The translations under genes were made by a program, and so were the position numbers. Of a DNA stretch of 64,000 bases, positions 50,817 through 61,500 are shown one piece after another. Position 1 is the stretch's first letter. Every line of letters starts with the position of its first letter. Under the pieces are notes generated by a model. The model saw nothing but the letters and a program-made list of their open reading frames with translations. It did no database searches and had not been told where the DNA came from. This stretch comes from Opitutia bacterium. GTDB taxonomy: Bacteria; Verrucomicrobiota; Verrucomicrobiia; Opitutales; T3Sed10-336. The stretch is from NCBI GenBank assembly GCA_050506795.1, contig JBJHCF010000013.1, forward strand, positions 1-64,000, written 5' to 3'.

Positions 50817-51689
50817 TTACCCGGCTTCCGCACGATCCAGTTTCAGGGCGCGAGCAAAAGCGTCCAGGGCTTCCATCGATGCCAGATAGTGAATCGGTGA
50901 GGTTTCCGTCCGAAACGCCCGCGGGCAGGCCTGTCCGCCGGCCACGAGGGTGATCTTTCGCTCTTCGGCGTATTGAAAAAGGGCGGAAGCGTTGTCCGGG
51001 AATTTCTCCGCCGCGCTTTTTGAGCAGAAGCTGAGCCAAACCAGGCGAGGCTTCCATGCCTTGATGGCGGCAAGGAGGGCGCCAGCCGGGAGATTGGCGC
51101 CCAGGTTGCGCTCGCGCCAGCCACCGGCAGCCAGAATCAATGAAACCATGAGCGAAGGGATCCGGTAGGGATCTCCCGCGGGCGAACAGCCGATCGCCAT
51201 CGGCGCCTCCGCTTCCGGCGGCGGAAGGGCATTCCGCAACACGGTCAGGGCTTGCAGGCAGGTCTCCGTTGCCCGGTGCTCCTGGTAGATGCCTTCCTCA
51301 CCGTGGCGCCAGAGTTCGCCCACCCGCCGCAAACTCGCGACCACCGGACCGTCGCACAGCGCCGCCACCCGGTCGCCGGCCAGATACCGGGCCAGGAGAA
51401 TCCCCTGGGCCAGTTCCTGGTCTCCATCCACGATGGCCTGGCTCAGAAGTTCGTCGCTTGGATCCCCCTGGGTCCGATTGATCGCTTCCAGTCCGATGGC
51501 CGCCGGATTGTGGAGAGGCAACTGATTCGCCCTGATGTACCGTAGCGCTTCGCGTCTCGCGATTCGCCGGTGCCCCCCCTCCGTCCGCGACGCTTCAATC
51601 TTGCCCTCGTCCGCCCACCGCTTGACGGAGGATTCGCTGACTCCCAGAGCAGCGGCGAAGTTTTTTGGAGAAAGGTAGGTGGTGGTCAT
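50817..51689 (-). CDS. MerR/excisionase-HTH regulator with cobalamin-binding-type domain (CarH/LitR-like)
   Basis: GVSESSVKRWAD..RTEGGHRRI HTH; W-x9-EH cap motif; Rossmann domain LGANLP. Confidence 0.8.
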   Translation of the reverse strand: MTTTYLSPKNFAAALGVSESSVKRWADEGKIEASRTEGGHRRIARREALRYIRANQLPLHNPAAIGLEAINRTQGDPSDELLSQAIVDGDQELAQGILLARYLAGDRVAALCDGPVVASLRRVGELWRHGEEGIYQEHRATETCLQALTVLRNALPPPEAEAPMAIGCSPAGDPYRIPSLMVSLILAAGGWRERNLGANLPAGALLAAIKAWKPRLVWLSFCSKSAAEKFPDNASALFQYAEERKITLVAGGQACPRAFRTETSPIHYLASMEALDAFARALKLDRAEAG

Positions 51690-51823
51690 GCGGCGATCAG
51701 TCAATAAACTCGTTCAAAACGTTCATTATAGTCTGCTCCTCTTGGAATTAAAACTTCAAATGAGCGTTTCTCGAAAAAATCTGATGCCTCCGCAAGCGGC
51801 GGGAATTCGAATTGGATCGCGCG

Positions 51824-51858
51824 AAAAAAAAGAAAGCGAGCAACCCGGAGGCGCCCGC
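51824..51858 (-). terminator. Rho-independent terminator between the cupin gene and the CarH-like gene
   Basis: Minus strand GCGGGCGCCTCCGGGTTGCTCGC followed by TTTCTTTTTTTT. Confidence 0.6.
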
Positions 51859-51881
51859 TTCCCGATGAGGATCAGACGGGG
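51853..51881 (-). ncRNA. Structured cis-element candidate overlapping the terminator
   Basis: Minus strand GCCCGT-CTGAT-CCTC-ATCGG-GAA-GCGGGC: two stems with a GAA bulge. Confidence 0.4.
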
Positions 51882-51924
51882 CCATCGTTTTTAACCGCGA
51901 CCCCGATCAGTGTCGGCGTTCAGT

Positions 51925-52407
51925 TCAGTTCCTGGGGTCGTCTTCCGGATTGATGTATTCGATTCCCCACGGACCGGTGCCGTGGACTTGGATGACCGTG
52001 TCTTCCTCCGTATAGCCGAACATCGGGTCACCCGGAGCCATAATGGCCACACCGCCGGTTTGCAGCTCATGGGTGGCATCCGGGTCGAACTCCCGCCCGT
52101 GGGCGAAATGGAGGGTCCCGGAAATCACCGTGACACGTTCATATTCCGGATGGATGTGCGGATCGACCCGGTAGCCGGCGGGAAGATGCAGCCGGAAGGT
52201 GAAGGGTTCCTCGGCGCTCAAATCGCCCTCAATGACCGCGATCTGAGCCGGCGCCGCCATCGACGCGATGGGGCCCCACTCCAGGTCGTTCGGGTTCAAC
52301 ATGATGTGTCCGTCACCACGGTAGGGCATTTCCGCCATCATGTTTCCCCACACGGGAATTGAACCGATCAGGAACGATGCGACGGTAATGAATTTGCAGT
52401 ACTTCAT
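51925..52407 (-). CDS. Secreted cupin-domain protein
   Basis: AGGAGA RBS, signal peptide, PHIHP..ERVTVISG. Confidence 0.82.
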   Translation of the reverse strand: MKYCKFITVASFLIGSIPVWGNMMAEMPYRGDGHIMLNPNDLEWGPIASMAAPAQIAVIEGDLSAEEPFTFRLHLPAGYRVDPHIHPEYERVTVISGTLHFAHGREFDPDATHELQTGGVAIMAPGDPMFGYTEEDTVIQVHGTGPWGIEYINPEDDPRN

Positions 52408-52541
52408 AACTCTATCTCCTTTCGCGTTAAGGCCACGTAGGCCGTTAATGGGATATTTGCCAACAGAAAGAAGATTACAGCGGCGATACTCCCCTGGCAA
52501 CCTTACATTTGTTTACCGCGAAACCGGATCGATTCCAGGGC

Positions 52542-52748
52542 GAATGGCACTGGTTAAGCAGGTTCATCGTTTGAGAAACCGAATCGAGATCGAAATCGCG
52601 CCTCTGCTTCCTGGGGGCGGCGCTCCCGCGCCGCCGGTGTGCGGGCAAGATACCCGCGCGGCCATGCGGGAGTATGGCCCTTCAGGGGGAACGGCCGATG
52701 CGATTAAGCTAAGGTCCTTCGATCCACCGCCTCAACCGAGTAGCATTC
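52542..52748. mobile_element. Full-length ~207-bp MITE with IS4-like terminal inverted repeats
   Basis: Left end GAATGGCACTGGTTAAGCAGGTTCATCG; right end (rc) GAATGCTACTCGGTTGAGGCGGTGGATCG; flanks ATTCCAGGGC and CTTCTAGGGC (8/10); three other copies in the window. Confidence 0.75.
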
Positions 52749-52751
52749 CTT

Positions 52752-53924
52752 CTAGGGCAGCACTTCCGCCCCGTCGGCGGCGGTGCAGGCGAGAGTGTCC
52801 GGACGTCGACCGTAGGATTGTTCGTAGCGGTCACCAACCTGGCGGACATCGTCGTCGTCGAAGGACCGCGAGGTCAGCGCGATGACCGTGCCGCCGAAAC
52901 CGCCGCCGCTGAGGCGTGCGCCGTATACGTTGGGGGATCGCACCAGAAGTTCCACCAGGGTGTCGAGTTCGGGACAACTGTTCTCGAAGAGGGTGCGCGA
53001 ACTTTCGTGCGATTCCGTCAAAAGCCGTCCCGTCGTTTCCAGGTCGCCGGCGAAAAGGGCCGCTTTGGCCGCGCGGACGCGTTCGTTTTCCCGTATCACG
53101 TGGCGCGCTCGCTTGATCACCTCGGCCGGGGTGTCCGCCGGCAAGTGGTCCAAATCCTCCTCCCCGGCATCGGTGAGGAATTCAAAGTCGGGGTGGGTCT
53201 GGCGCAGAAGGCGCAGAGCCTCGGCGCACTCGTCATGACGCTTCGAATACAGCGAATCGACCAGCGAGTGGCTCACTCCGGAATTGAAGATATGGATACG
53301 GCATTCTTCCGGCAGCGGCAGCAATTCCACCTCCAGAGTGCGGCAATCGATGTAAACGAGGCGGTTGGCTTTTCCAAAGGCGGAACAGGTTTGGTCCAGC
53401 GGTCCGGTGGGCACTCCGAGGAAATCATTCTCCACCGACCGACCCAGGCGGACCAGTTCTTCCCTGGACATATTCAGTTGGTACAGGGCCGCCAAGGCCG
53501 AGCCGACCCCCATTTCCAGCGCCGCGCTGCTGCTCAGTCCGGCGCCGGCCGGCAAGTCGGATACAATGGCCAGGTCGAATCCGGTGTCTGGCTTGAGGCC
53601 GCGTCCGACCAGCATGGCAAGCACTCCGAGCGGGTAGTTGGCCCAGGCTTGCGGGCCATTGAATTTTTGCAGGTCGTCAAGGCTCCGTTCCGGCCGTTCC
53701 GGAGAGAACTCCGAGGCAAATCGAAGCTTCCGGTCGTCGCGCGGCGAGACCGCGACAAAAATCGAACGATCGATGGCGGCGCCCACCACCAGGCCGCCGT
53801 TGTAGTCGGTGTGGTTGCCGATGAATTCCACCCGTCCCGGAGCCCGGGCCGTCACTTTTGGGTCCGTGCTGTAGACGGAGCGGAAAAATTCGGTCAGACG
53901 TTCTCGGGTTGCGGTCGCGTTCAT
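52752..53924 (-). CDS. galK: Galactokinase-family GHMP kinase
   Basis: APGRVEFIGNHTDYN, PAGAGLSSSAA, DQ, GARLSGGGFGG. Confidence 0.85.
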   Translation of the reverse strand: MNATATRERLTEFFRSVYSTDPKVTARAPGRVEFIGNHTDYNGGLVVGAAIDRSIFVAVSPRDDRKLRFASEFSPERPERSLDDLQKFNGPQAWANYPLGVLAMLVGRGLKPDTGFDLAIVSDLPAGAGLSSSAALEMGVGSALAALYQLNMSREELVRLGRSVENDFLGVPTGPLDQTCSAFGKANRLVYIDCRTLEVELLPLPEECRIHIFNSGVSHSLVDSLYSKRHDECAEALRLLRQTHPDFEFLTDAGEEDLDHLPADTPAEVIKRARHVIRENERVRAAKAALFAGDLETTGRLLTESHESSRTLFENSCPELDTLVELLVRSPNVYGARLSGGGFGGTVIALTSRSFDDDDVRQVGDRYEQSYGRRPDTLACTAADGAEVLP

Positions 53925-53985
53925 GAATGGCGGTGGTTTGAAAATCGGAAACGTATCCGAAGGCGGGTCCCGGGAAAAGCTCTTT

Positions 53986-54933
53986 TCAGAACGAAACCCG
54001 CAGCCCAAGTTCCGCGTACGGCGCGCCCCGGGTGCGGTGGACCACGCTCTCGCGGTGATGATCGAACTTGCGTTTGATCATCCAACCCGCGCCGGCGGTC
54101 AGTTCCATCGTCTTGGCCACGGTGCGGGAGAAGCGCGCGCCGGCACGGTATTCGGTGAGATTGAGCAGAGCGTTTTGGGGGATCCCTTCCTTTTCCGTGA
54201 CCCGGAACGAACCTCCGTGAAACGAACCTCCTAGGGAAAAGGTCCAGTTTTCGTTCGGGGTGAATTCAAGGGCGGGGCGAGGCGGAACCAGGCGCAAGGT
54301 GCCGCTATCACTGAAGTTCCAGATCAATCCCAAGCCCGGCAGGACCGGGTATTTGGAAGACGTTCCGCCGAAAGCGCCCAATTGCAGGCTGAGGGTTTCC
54401 CCCAAGTTGAAATTGCGGTAACCGAGATAGGACAGCCGCAAGGCTTTGGCGGTGACGGTTTGCTCGAAACCGATGCCGGGGGTCAGGGTGACAATATAGC
54501 GGGGCCCCCGTTCGCCGAGGAGGGTGAGGGTGATCGGCAGGTTGACCTCCTGCAGATTCCGGGGAAGCGGGAGACCGGTAGAGGAATAGGTAAATCGGCG
54601 ATAAGCGATTCCGGTGCGCAGCGCAGCGCCGCGGCTTACCGGAAAACGGTAGTCGGTTCGGACTCCGAAGGCGTGGGCGCTTTGGCGTTCACCGGAGATG
54701 CCGCGAAATCCGCTTTCCTCCACCCGGTCGAACTCCATGACGAGAGCGGCGCCAAACAGACCCGGCGGCGGTCCGCCGCGGGGGAGCGTTTCGGCCGGTT
54801 CTTCGGACTTCAGGGCAATCGGGACGGCCAGCAGGGCGGTTGCCAGGATACGCAGTACGAGCGGAGCGGCGGCCTCCGTTGTGATCGGTCCGAGGCCGAG
54901 CAGGGGCGAAAGGCTGCGAAGAGGTGTATTCAT
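53986..54933 (-). CDS. Outer-membrane beta-barrel protein (DUF6268-like)
   Basis: Signal-like N-terminus, alternating amphipathic strands, PVLPGLGLIW, terminal Phe. Confidence 0.6.
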   Translation of the reverse strand: MNTPLRSLSPLLGLGPITTEAAAPLVLRILATALLAVPIALKSEEPAETLPRGGPPPGLFGAALVMEFDRVEESGFRGISGERQSAHAFGVRTDYRFPVSRGAALRTGIAYRRFTYSSTGLPLPRNLQEVNLPITLTLLGERGPRYIVTLTPGIGFEQTVTAKALRLSYLGYRNFNLGETLSLQLGAFGGTSSKYPVLPGLGLIWNFSDSGTLRLVPPRPALEFTPNENWTFSLGGSFHGGSFRVTEKEGIPQNALLNLTEYRAGARFSRTVAKTMELTAGAGWMIKRKFDHHRESVVHRTRGAPYAELGLRVSF

Positions 54934-55067
54934 ATCGGCCAGGTTTGAGGCGTACTAATCACGATGATCGGCATGAACACAAAGAGAATCTTTCCGGGGA
55001 TTGGCGCTTGAGTTGATCCGGGGCTTGGGCGATGACTTTGGGGCGGCCCGGGCGGCCGCAGGGTTTT

Positions 55068-55997
55068 ATGGATTCCGATCAAATAACAGTTTGGCTTTTT
55101 CGGGACGGCAAACCGGGACATGAGAACCAGGTGTTGGGGCTTGCGGAGGCGTTGGGGCGGCGACGGAATCTGCGGATCGAAAGCGTGGTTTTGCCACACG
55201 ACGGGTCGCTGGTCGTTCGCCGGGGCCGTTGGCGGACGGCCTGGCGGAATCTGCCGCGACCGGATTTGTTGATCGGCGCGGGGCATGCGACTCATATCGC
55301 CCTGCTGTGCACGGCGCTCCGTTTTCGGGCGCGGTCGGTCGTGCTGATGAAACCATCCTGGCCGGCTTTTTTTTTCGATTTGGTGGTGATCCCCGGTCAC
55401 GATCTGCCACCCGGACGCCGGGATGATCCCGGTCGGCGTTACCTGGTCACCCGGGGCGCCATCAATCGGGTGCGTCACGATCCAGCGCGCAAGGAACGCC
55501 TGGGCCTTATCCTGGTGGGCGGGCCGTCTCGGGAGCACGACTGGAACGCGGACCGGTTGATTGAAGCGATCGGGCAGGTGGCGGCGGCGGATGCGGAACG
55601 GCGTTGGGTGTTGACCGATTCGCGACGGACGCCGCCGGGATTCCTCGGGCGGGTGCGGGACGTCGCGCCCGGAGTGGAGTGTTTTGACGGGGCCGAAACG
55701 GGACCCGATTGGCTGCCCGATCAACTCGCCCGGGCGGAGGTCGTCTGGGTGACCCGCGACAGTGTTTCCATGATCTACGAGGCCCTCACCGCCGGAGCGA
55801 GGGTGGGCTTGCTGGAGGCGCCGCTGCGCGGAAAACCGGGAAAGCTGACCCGGGGGGTGGAAAGTCTGATAAGCGAGGGCTGGGTTACCCCGTGGGCGCA
55901 CTGGCACGAAACCGGGGTATTGCCGGGACCTCCCGCGGTTCTGAACGAAGCGGACCGGGTTGCCGGCGAGGTGGCGAAACGATTGGGCTGGGAATGA
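55068..55997 (+). CDS. ELM1/GtrOC1-family putative glycosyltransferase
   Basis: DGKPGHENQ, IGAGH, P.HD, SRRTP, DSVSMIYEA, LNEA. Confidence 0.85.
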   Translation: MDSDQITVWLFRDGKPGHENQVLGLAEALGRRRNLRIESVVLPHDGSLVVRRGRWRTAWRNLPRPDLLIGAGHATHIALLCTALRFRARSVVLMKPSWPAFFFDLVVIPGHDLPPGRRDDPGRRYLVTRGAINRVRHDPARKERLGLILVGGPSREHDWNADRLIEAIGQVAAADAERRWVLTDSRRTPPGFLGRVRDVAPGVECFDGAETGPDWLPDQLARAEVVWVTRDSVSMIYEALTAGARVGLLEAPLRGKPGKLTRGVESLISEGWVTPWAHWHETGVLPGPPAVLNEADRVAGEVAKRLGWE

Positions 55998-57106
55998 CAA
56001 AGCGATTGAAAGTGGTGCAAATGCTGCCGGCTTTGGATGCCGGCGGAGTTGAAACAGGGACGCTCGAAGTCGCGAGGCACCTGGTGGAGCAGGGTGACGA
56101 ATCGGTGGTCATTTCCGCCGGGGGGCGTATGTTGGAGCGGCTGGAGAGCGAGGGAAGTCGCCATGTGCTCTGGCCGGTGGGACAAAAATCCCTGACTACC
56201 CTGGCCTATATCCGGCGCTTGCGGGCATTTCTCCGGGAGGAGCGTCCCGACATCCTCCATTTGCGTTCCCGGGTGCCGGCCTGGCTCGCTTGGCTGGCCT
56301 GGCGCCGATTGCCGGAGAACGCGCGGCCTCATTTGGTCACCACGGTGCATGGCTTTTATTCGGTCAATCGATACTCCCGTATCATGACCTGCGGAGAGCG
56401 GATTATCGCGGTTTCGGAGGGGATTCGGGATTATATTCTCAAGAATTACCGCGGGATTGAGCCGGCGCGGATCCGGGTTATCCCACGTGGGGTGAGCCCC
56501 GAACGTTTGCCTTACGGGTTTCGACCCGACGACGCCTGGCGCCGGAGGTGGCGAAGCGAATATCCGGGCCTGGAAGGCAGTCGGGTGATCACGTTGCCCG
56601 CGCGAATCACCCGGTGGAAGGGCGCCATAGAGTTCGTTTCCCTGATTTCCCGTCTGCGAGCGAGCGGTCACGTGGTGAAAGGGTTGATCGTCGGAGAACC
56701 CCACCCCCGGAAACGCCAGTATTACGAGGAACTCCTGCGCACCCGTTCGGAGGCGGGGCTCGACGACGCGATCCTCCTCCCGGGTCATCGATCCGACCTG
56801 CGGGAAATCATGGCGGTGTCCGATGTGGTGGTGTCACTTTCGTCCGACCCGGAAGCGTTCGGCAGGGTCACCCTGGAGGCGCTTTCGCTGGGGCGTCCGG
56901 TTGCCGGATTCGACCACGGAGGGGTTGGGGAACAACTGAAGGAACTGCTGCCAGAGGGCCGGATCCCGCTGGGCGATCTCGACGCCATGACCCGGTTGCT
57001 GGGAAACTGGTTGACCCATGGAGCTCCCCCGCCCCGGCGGGATAACCCGTTTACCCTGGAGCGTATGGTTGGCCGGACGCGCAAGGTTTACCTGGAGCTG
57101 TTGTGA
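55994..57106 (+). CDS. GT4-family glycosyltransferase
   Basis: GGVETGT, SRVPAW, TTVHG, RITRWKG, EAFGRVTLEA; ATGA-coupled to the ELM1 gene. Confidence 0.92.
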   Translation: MTKRLKVVQMLPALDAGGVETGTLEVARHLVEQGDESVVISAGGRMLERLESEGSRHVLWPVGQKSLTTLAYIRRLRAFLREERPDILHLRSRVPAWLAWLAWRRLPENARPHLVTTVHGFYSVNRYSRIMTCGERIIAVSEGIRDYILKNYRGIEPARIRVIPRGVSPERLPYGFRPDDAWRRRWRSEYPGLEGSRVITLPARITRWKGAIEFVSLISRLRASGHVVKGLIVGEPHPRKRQYYEELLRTRSEAGLDDAILLPGHRSDLREIMAVSDVVVSLSSDPEAFGRVTLEALSLGRPVAGFDHGGVGEQLKELLPEGRIPLGDLDAMTRLLGNWLTHGAPPPRRDNPFTLERMVGRTRKVYLELL

Positions 57107-57278
57107 ATGTGGGTAAAAAAGTTTCACGGAAACCTTTGCCAAACACCGGGGTCGAGGTTAGGGTTTCGGGTTTGGGTGGCGGAATGCTTGCGGTGTCGAT
57201 TCAATTGGGGTGAATCAGCTGCTTGGCAGCGAACTCCACCGCCAAAAAACCCTCTTATTTTCGTCTCAGCTCTGGAAA

Positions 57279-58520
57279 ATGAATAACGTGCGGCGTGTTT
57301 TAATGGTGGTCTTCGGGGGAATTCTTTTCCTGGCGCTGGCCATGGTGTTTTATCAACGATTTTCCGAAGATCCCATGGCCGCCGGCGAAGGTCAGCGGGG
57401 AGAAAGCGTTGTGGCGGTGGAGGTAACCTCCGTGGAGCGGGACTCCATCCGCAACGTGCGGGCGTTCAGCGGATCGCTTTTCTCGCAATCGAGCTTCGAG
57501 ATTGTGGCCAAGGTCGGTGGACAGCTCTCGTCCCTGAAGGTCGATATCGGAGATCGGGTGGAACGTGGTCAGGTTATCGGCCGGATCGATGATGAAGCCT
57601 TTATTCAGGATGTGGTGCAGGCTGAGGCGGAGCGTGAGGTGGCCCGGGCGAATCTTGAGGAGGCGTTGAGTTCGCTGGAGTTGGCGGAGCGGGAAAGAGA
57701 TCGTGTACAGGCCCTGCGTGAGCGGCGGGTGGTTTCGGCCGCCGACCTGGACTCGGCGGAAGCGGCGGTCCAGGCGGAACGCTCGCGGGTGAGGGTGACG
57801 GAAGCGGTCATTCAACAGCGGGAAGCCGCGCTGCTGGCGGCCCGTCTCCGTTTGTCCTATACCGGGATTGCGGCGAGTTGGGAGGGTCCGGGGGATTACC
57901 GGGTGGTGGGAGAGCGCTTCGTTGATGAAGGCGCCACCGTGACCGCGAATCAGGCGATTGTTTCACTGGTGGACTTGCAGCGTCTTCGGGCGGTGATCCA
58001 GGTGACGGAACGCGACTACGGGCGTATCCTGGTGGGGCAGCGCGGTGAAATTCGGAGCGACGCCGTTCCCGGAGAGGTTTTCCAGGCCAATGTGGTGCGG
58101 CGGGCGCCGCAGTTTCGCGAGAGTTCGCGCCAGGCGCGTATTGAATTGGAGGTGCCAAATCCCGATCAGCGTTTGCTTCCAGGGCAATTTATTAGAGCCC
58201 AGTTGGAGCTCGGACGGGCCGACGATGCCGTCGTGGTCCCGCGGGCTTCTCTGGTGCGTCGCGAGGGGAGGCAGGGGATTTTCCTGGTGGAACCGGCCGA
58301 GGAAGGTGACGGAACTCGTGCGGTTTTCGTGCCGGTGATTGCGGGGCATGTGGAAGGCGAGCGGGTTCAGATCGTCGAGCCGGAGCTGTCCGGAGAAGTG
58401 GTCGTGCTGGGGCAGGATCTCCTCGCGGACGGAACCCCCGTGCGGGTGGTGGCGAGGCGTGACGCGGAGGACTGGCGCGGAGAAATCGTCTCAATCGACG
58501 GCCGAATCGAAGTGAGATGA
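57279..58520 (+). CDS. RND efflux periplasmic adaptor subunit
   Basis: N-terminal TM helix, GDRVERGQ lipoyl-like motif, coiled coil, LLPGQF. Confidence 0.92.
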   Translation: MNNVRRVLMVVFGGILFLALAMVFYQRFSEDPMAAGEGQRGESVVAVEVTSVERDSIRNVRAFSGSLFSQSSFEIVAKVGGQLSSLKVDIGDRVERGQVIGRIDDEAFIQDVVQAEAEREVARANLEEALSSLELAERERDRVQALRERRVVSAADLDSAEAAVQAERSRVRVTEAVIQQREAALLAARLRLSYTGIAASWEGPGDYRVVGERFVDEGATVTANQAIVSLVDLQRLRAVIQVTERDYGRILVGQRGEIRSDAVPGEVFQANVVRRAPQFRESSRQARIELEVPNPDQRLLPGQFIRAQLELGRADDAVVVPRASLVRREGRQGIFLVEPAEEGDGTRAVFVPVIAGHVEGERVQIVEPELSGEVVVLGQDLLADGTPVRVVARRDAEDWRGEIVSIDGRIEVR

Positions 58521-61500
58521 ACCTGTCTTCTTTTAGCATAACCCGGCCGGTCTTCACGGTCATGGTCTATTTGATCGTTATCCTGGTGGGGGCGATTTCC
58601 CTTGCGCGGCTCCCGATCGACCTGATTCCCGAAATCGAGTTTCCCCGGCTCACGGTGGTCACCTCCTACGAGAACGCCAGTCCGGAGGAAGTCGAGCAGT
58701 TGATCACCAGGGCGGTGGAGGAAGCACTGGCGGCGGTACCCGGGGTGGAGGAAATTATCTCCAATTCCGCCGAGGGCAGCAGCAATGTCACCCTGGCATT
58801 CCGCTGGGGAACCAACCTCGACGAGGCGTCCAACGACGTGCGCGACCGTCTGGACCGGGTTCTCAACCGGTTGCCTGACGATGCCGACCGGCCGCAGTTG
58901 CGGAAGTTCGATCCCAACTCCTTTCCGGTGATTATAATGGGGGCCTCCAGCCGGCTCGATCCCGTCAGTTTGCGATCCCTGCTGGATAACCAGATTCGCA
59001 ATCGTCTGGACCGGGTTCCCGGGGTGGGGGGCATTGATATCTGGGGCGGGCTGGAACGGGAGATCCAGATCATGGTGGATCCTGATCGGGTACGCGCCCT
59101 GGGACTGTCTTTGGAACGGTTGATCGATGCCATTCGCGAGGAGAACGTGGTGGTGCCGGCGGGCGAAATCGAGGACGGCCGTCTGCGGGTGGCGCTGCGC
59201 ACGCCCGGATTGCTGGCCAGTCTCGACGAGCTTCGCGACATCGTGGTGGCCAAGCGTGAGGGCGCGCCGGTGTACCTTGGGCAGCTTGCCGAGGTTCGCG
59301 ACACCCACGCGGAGATTACCCGCATTACCCGCATCAACGGTGAACCGGGGGTCAGTCTGGCGGTGCGCAAGCAGTCGGGAACCAATACCGTGCAGGTGGT
59401 GCGCGACGTGCGCCGGGAAATGGCGAGAATCAACGTCGATTTTCCTCAACTCACGCTGACGCCCATCCGTGACACCTCCGAATACATCCAGCGGTCGATC
59501 GCCAATGTGAATCGTTCGATTCTCTACGGCGGGCTCCTGGCCATCGTGGTGCTTCTGTTTTTCCTGCGCAGCCTGCGCAGTACCGCGATCATCGCCACCG
59601 CGATTCCCATTTCCATCGTGGCGTCATTCTCGTTGATGTATTTCTCCGGGCTTACCCTCAACCTGATGACGCTGGGAGGAATTGCTCTCGGGGTCGGCAT
59701 GATGGTGGACAATGCCATCGTGGTCCTGGAGAACATCTTCCGCTTGCGAGAAAACCGGGTGGAGCCCCGCCAGGCCGCTCACCAGGGTTCGTCGGAGGTG
59801 GCCGCGGCCATTGTCGCCAGTACCCTGACGACCCTGGCGATCTTCCTCCCGCTGGTCTTTCTTGAGGGCGTCAGCGGCGTCATGTTCCGGCAATTGGCCT
59901 ACGTGATCGGTTTCACCCTTCTTTGTTCCCTGGTGGTGGCCCTGACTCTGGTGCCCATGCTGGCTTCCCGGGTTCCCGCCGACGATGCCGACCGTCCGGC
60001 GGGTGCTCTGCAACGGCAAGGAAAGGGGGCTCTGGCCTGGGCGGCTGCGCGGTTCAAGCGATTGGAGGACGGCTATCGCGCGATGCTCGACGGCTCGTTG
60101 CGGCGCCCGTTCACGGTGTTCGGTTCGGCGGTGGTGCTTTTTGTGGCGACGCTTTTCCTGTTGCCGCGGCTGGGCAGCGAGTTTATGCCCGAGGCGGATG
60201 AAGGGGAGATCCGGGTCGATGTGGAGATGGATCCCGGCGTGCGTATCGAGGTGATGGATGCGAAAATGCGGGAGATCGAGGCGATCGTTCGCGAAAACGT
60301 GCCCGAGTTGGCCAACCTGGAAGTGCGCTCCGGCGTGTGGGGATGGTGGGGCGGCTCCGCCGTGCGCGGCAGCGTTCGCGGTTACCTGGTGCCCATTCGG
60401 GAACGTTCCCGTTCCAGCGACCAGGTAGCCAATGACCTGCGCGACGCGCTTCGCGACGTCACCGGGGCGTCGATACGCACCCGGCCCGGCCGCGGCTTGT
60501 TTCTGCTGCGACTGGGATCGGGAGGAGATCAGGACGACCGCCTGGGTGTTGAAATCACCGGATTTGATCTGAACACGCTGGATGCGTTGGCCCAGCAGGT
60601 GAGTCTGGCTGTGGAGGACATTGAGGGTGTGACGGACGTCACCGTCAGCCGGGAAGAGGGCGTGCCGCGACAGTTGGCGCGCATTGACCGGGATCGGGCG
60701 GCCGATTTCGGCCTCACCACCGGGCGGGTGGCACGTATGCTGCGCACCGCTATCGGAGGCGCGCCGGCGGGAGAATTTCGCGACAACGGCGACGAGGTGC
60801 GAATGCGTTTGCGCCTGCGCGATGCCGACCGGATGGAAATGGAGGACGTCCTCGATTTGACCATACCCAACGACGACGGGGAACAGATCGCCTTGCGCAG
60901 CCTGGTGATGCTGGACACCGAACCCGGCCCGACCCGGATCGAGCGCCGCAATCAGCGGCGAGTGGTGAATGTCACGGTCAATTTTGCGGGTCGTGATCTC
61001 GGGTCCGCCAGCCAGGAAATTCTGACGGTGCTCGCGGGTATTCCCACTCCCGCCAATTACGAGATGTTTGTCCGGGGAGATTATGAGGAGCAGCGCGAGG
61101 CTTTTCGCGAACTCATGCTGAGCATGGTGCTGTCTTTGCTCCTGGTGTACATGGTGATGGCCTGCCTCTACGAGTCGCTCCGCAATCCCCTGGTGGTGAT
61201 GTTCTCGGTTCCGTTGGCGGCGATCGGGGCTCTGTTGATGTTGTTTCTGACCGGGAGCACTCTCAACGTGCAGTCGTATATCGGCCTGATTATGCTGGGC
61301 GGGATCGTGGTCAACAACGCGATTCTGATCGTTGACCAGGCCTCGCGGCTTCAGGGCGAAGGCATGTCGGCCGAGGATGCGGCGCGCGAGGCCGGCCGGC
61401 GCCGGTTGCGTCCCATTCTGATGACGTCGTTGACCACCATGCTCGCTTTGACGCCCCTGGCCATCGGCTTGGGCGAAGGCGCCGAGGCGCAGGCGCCCCT

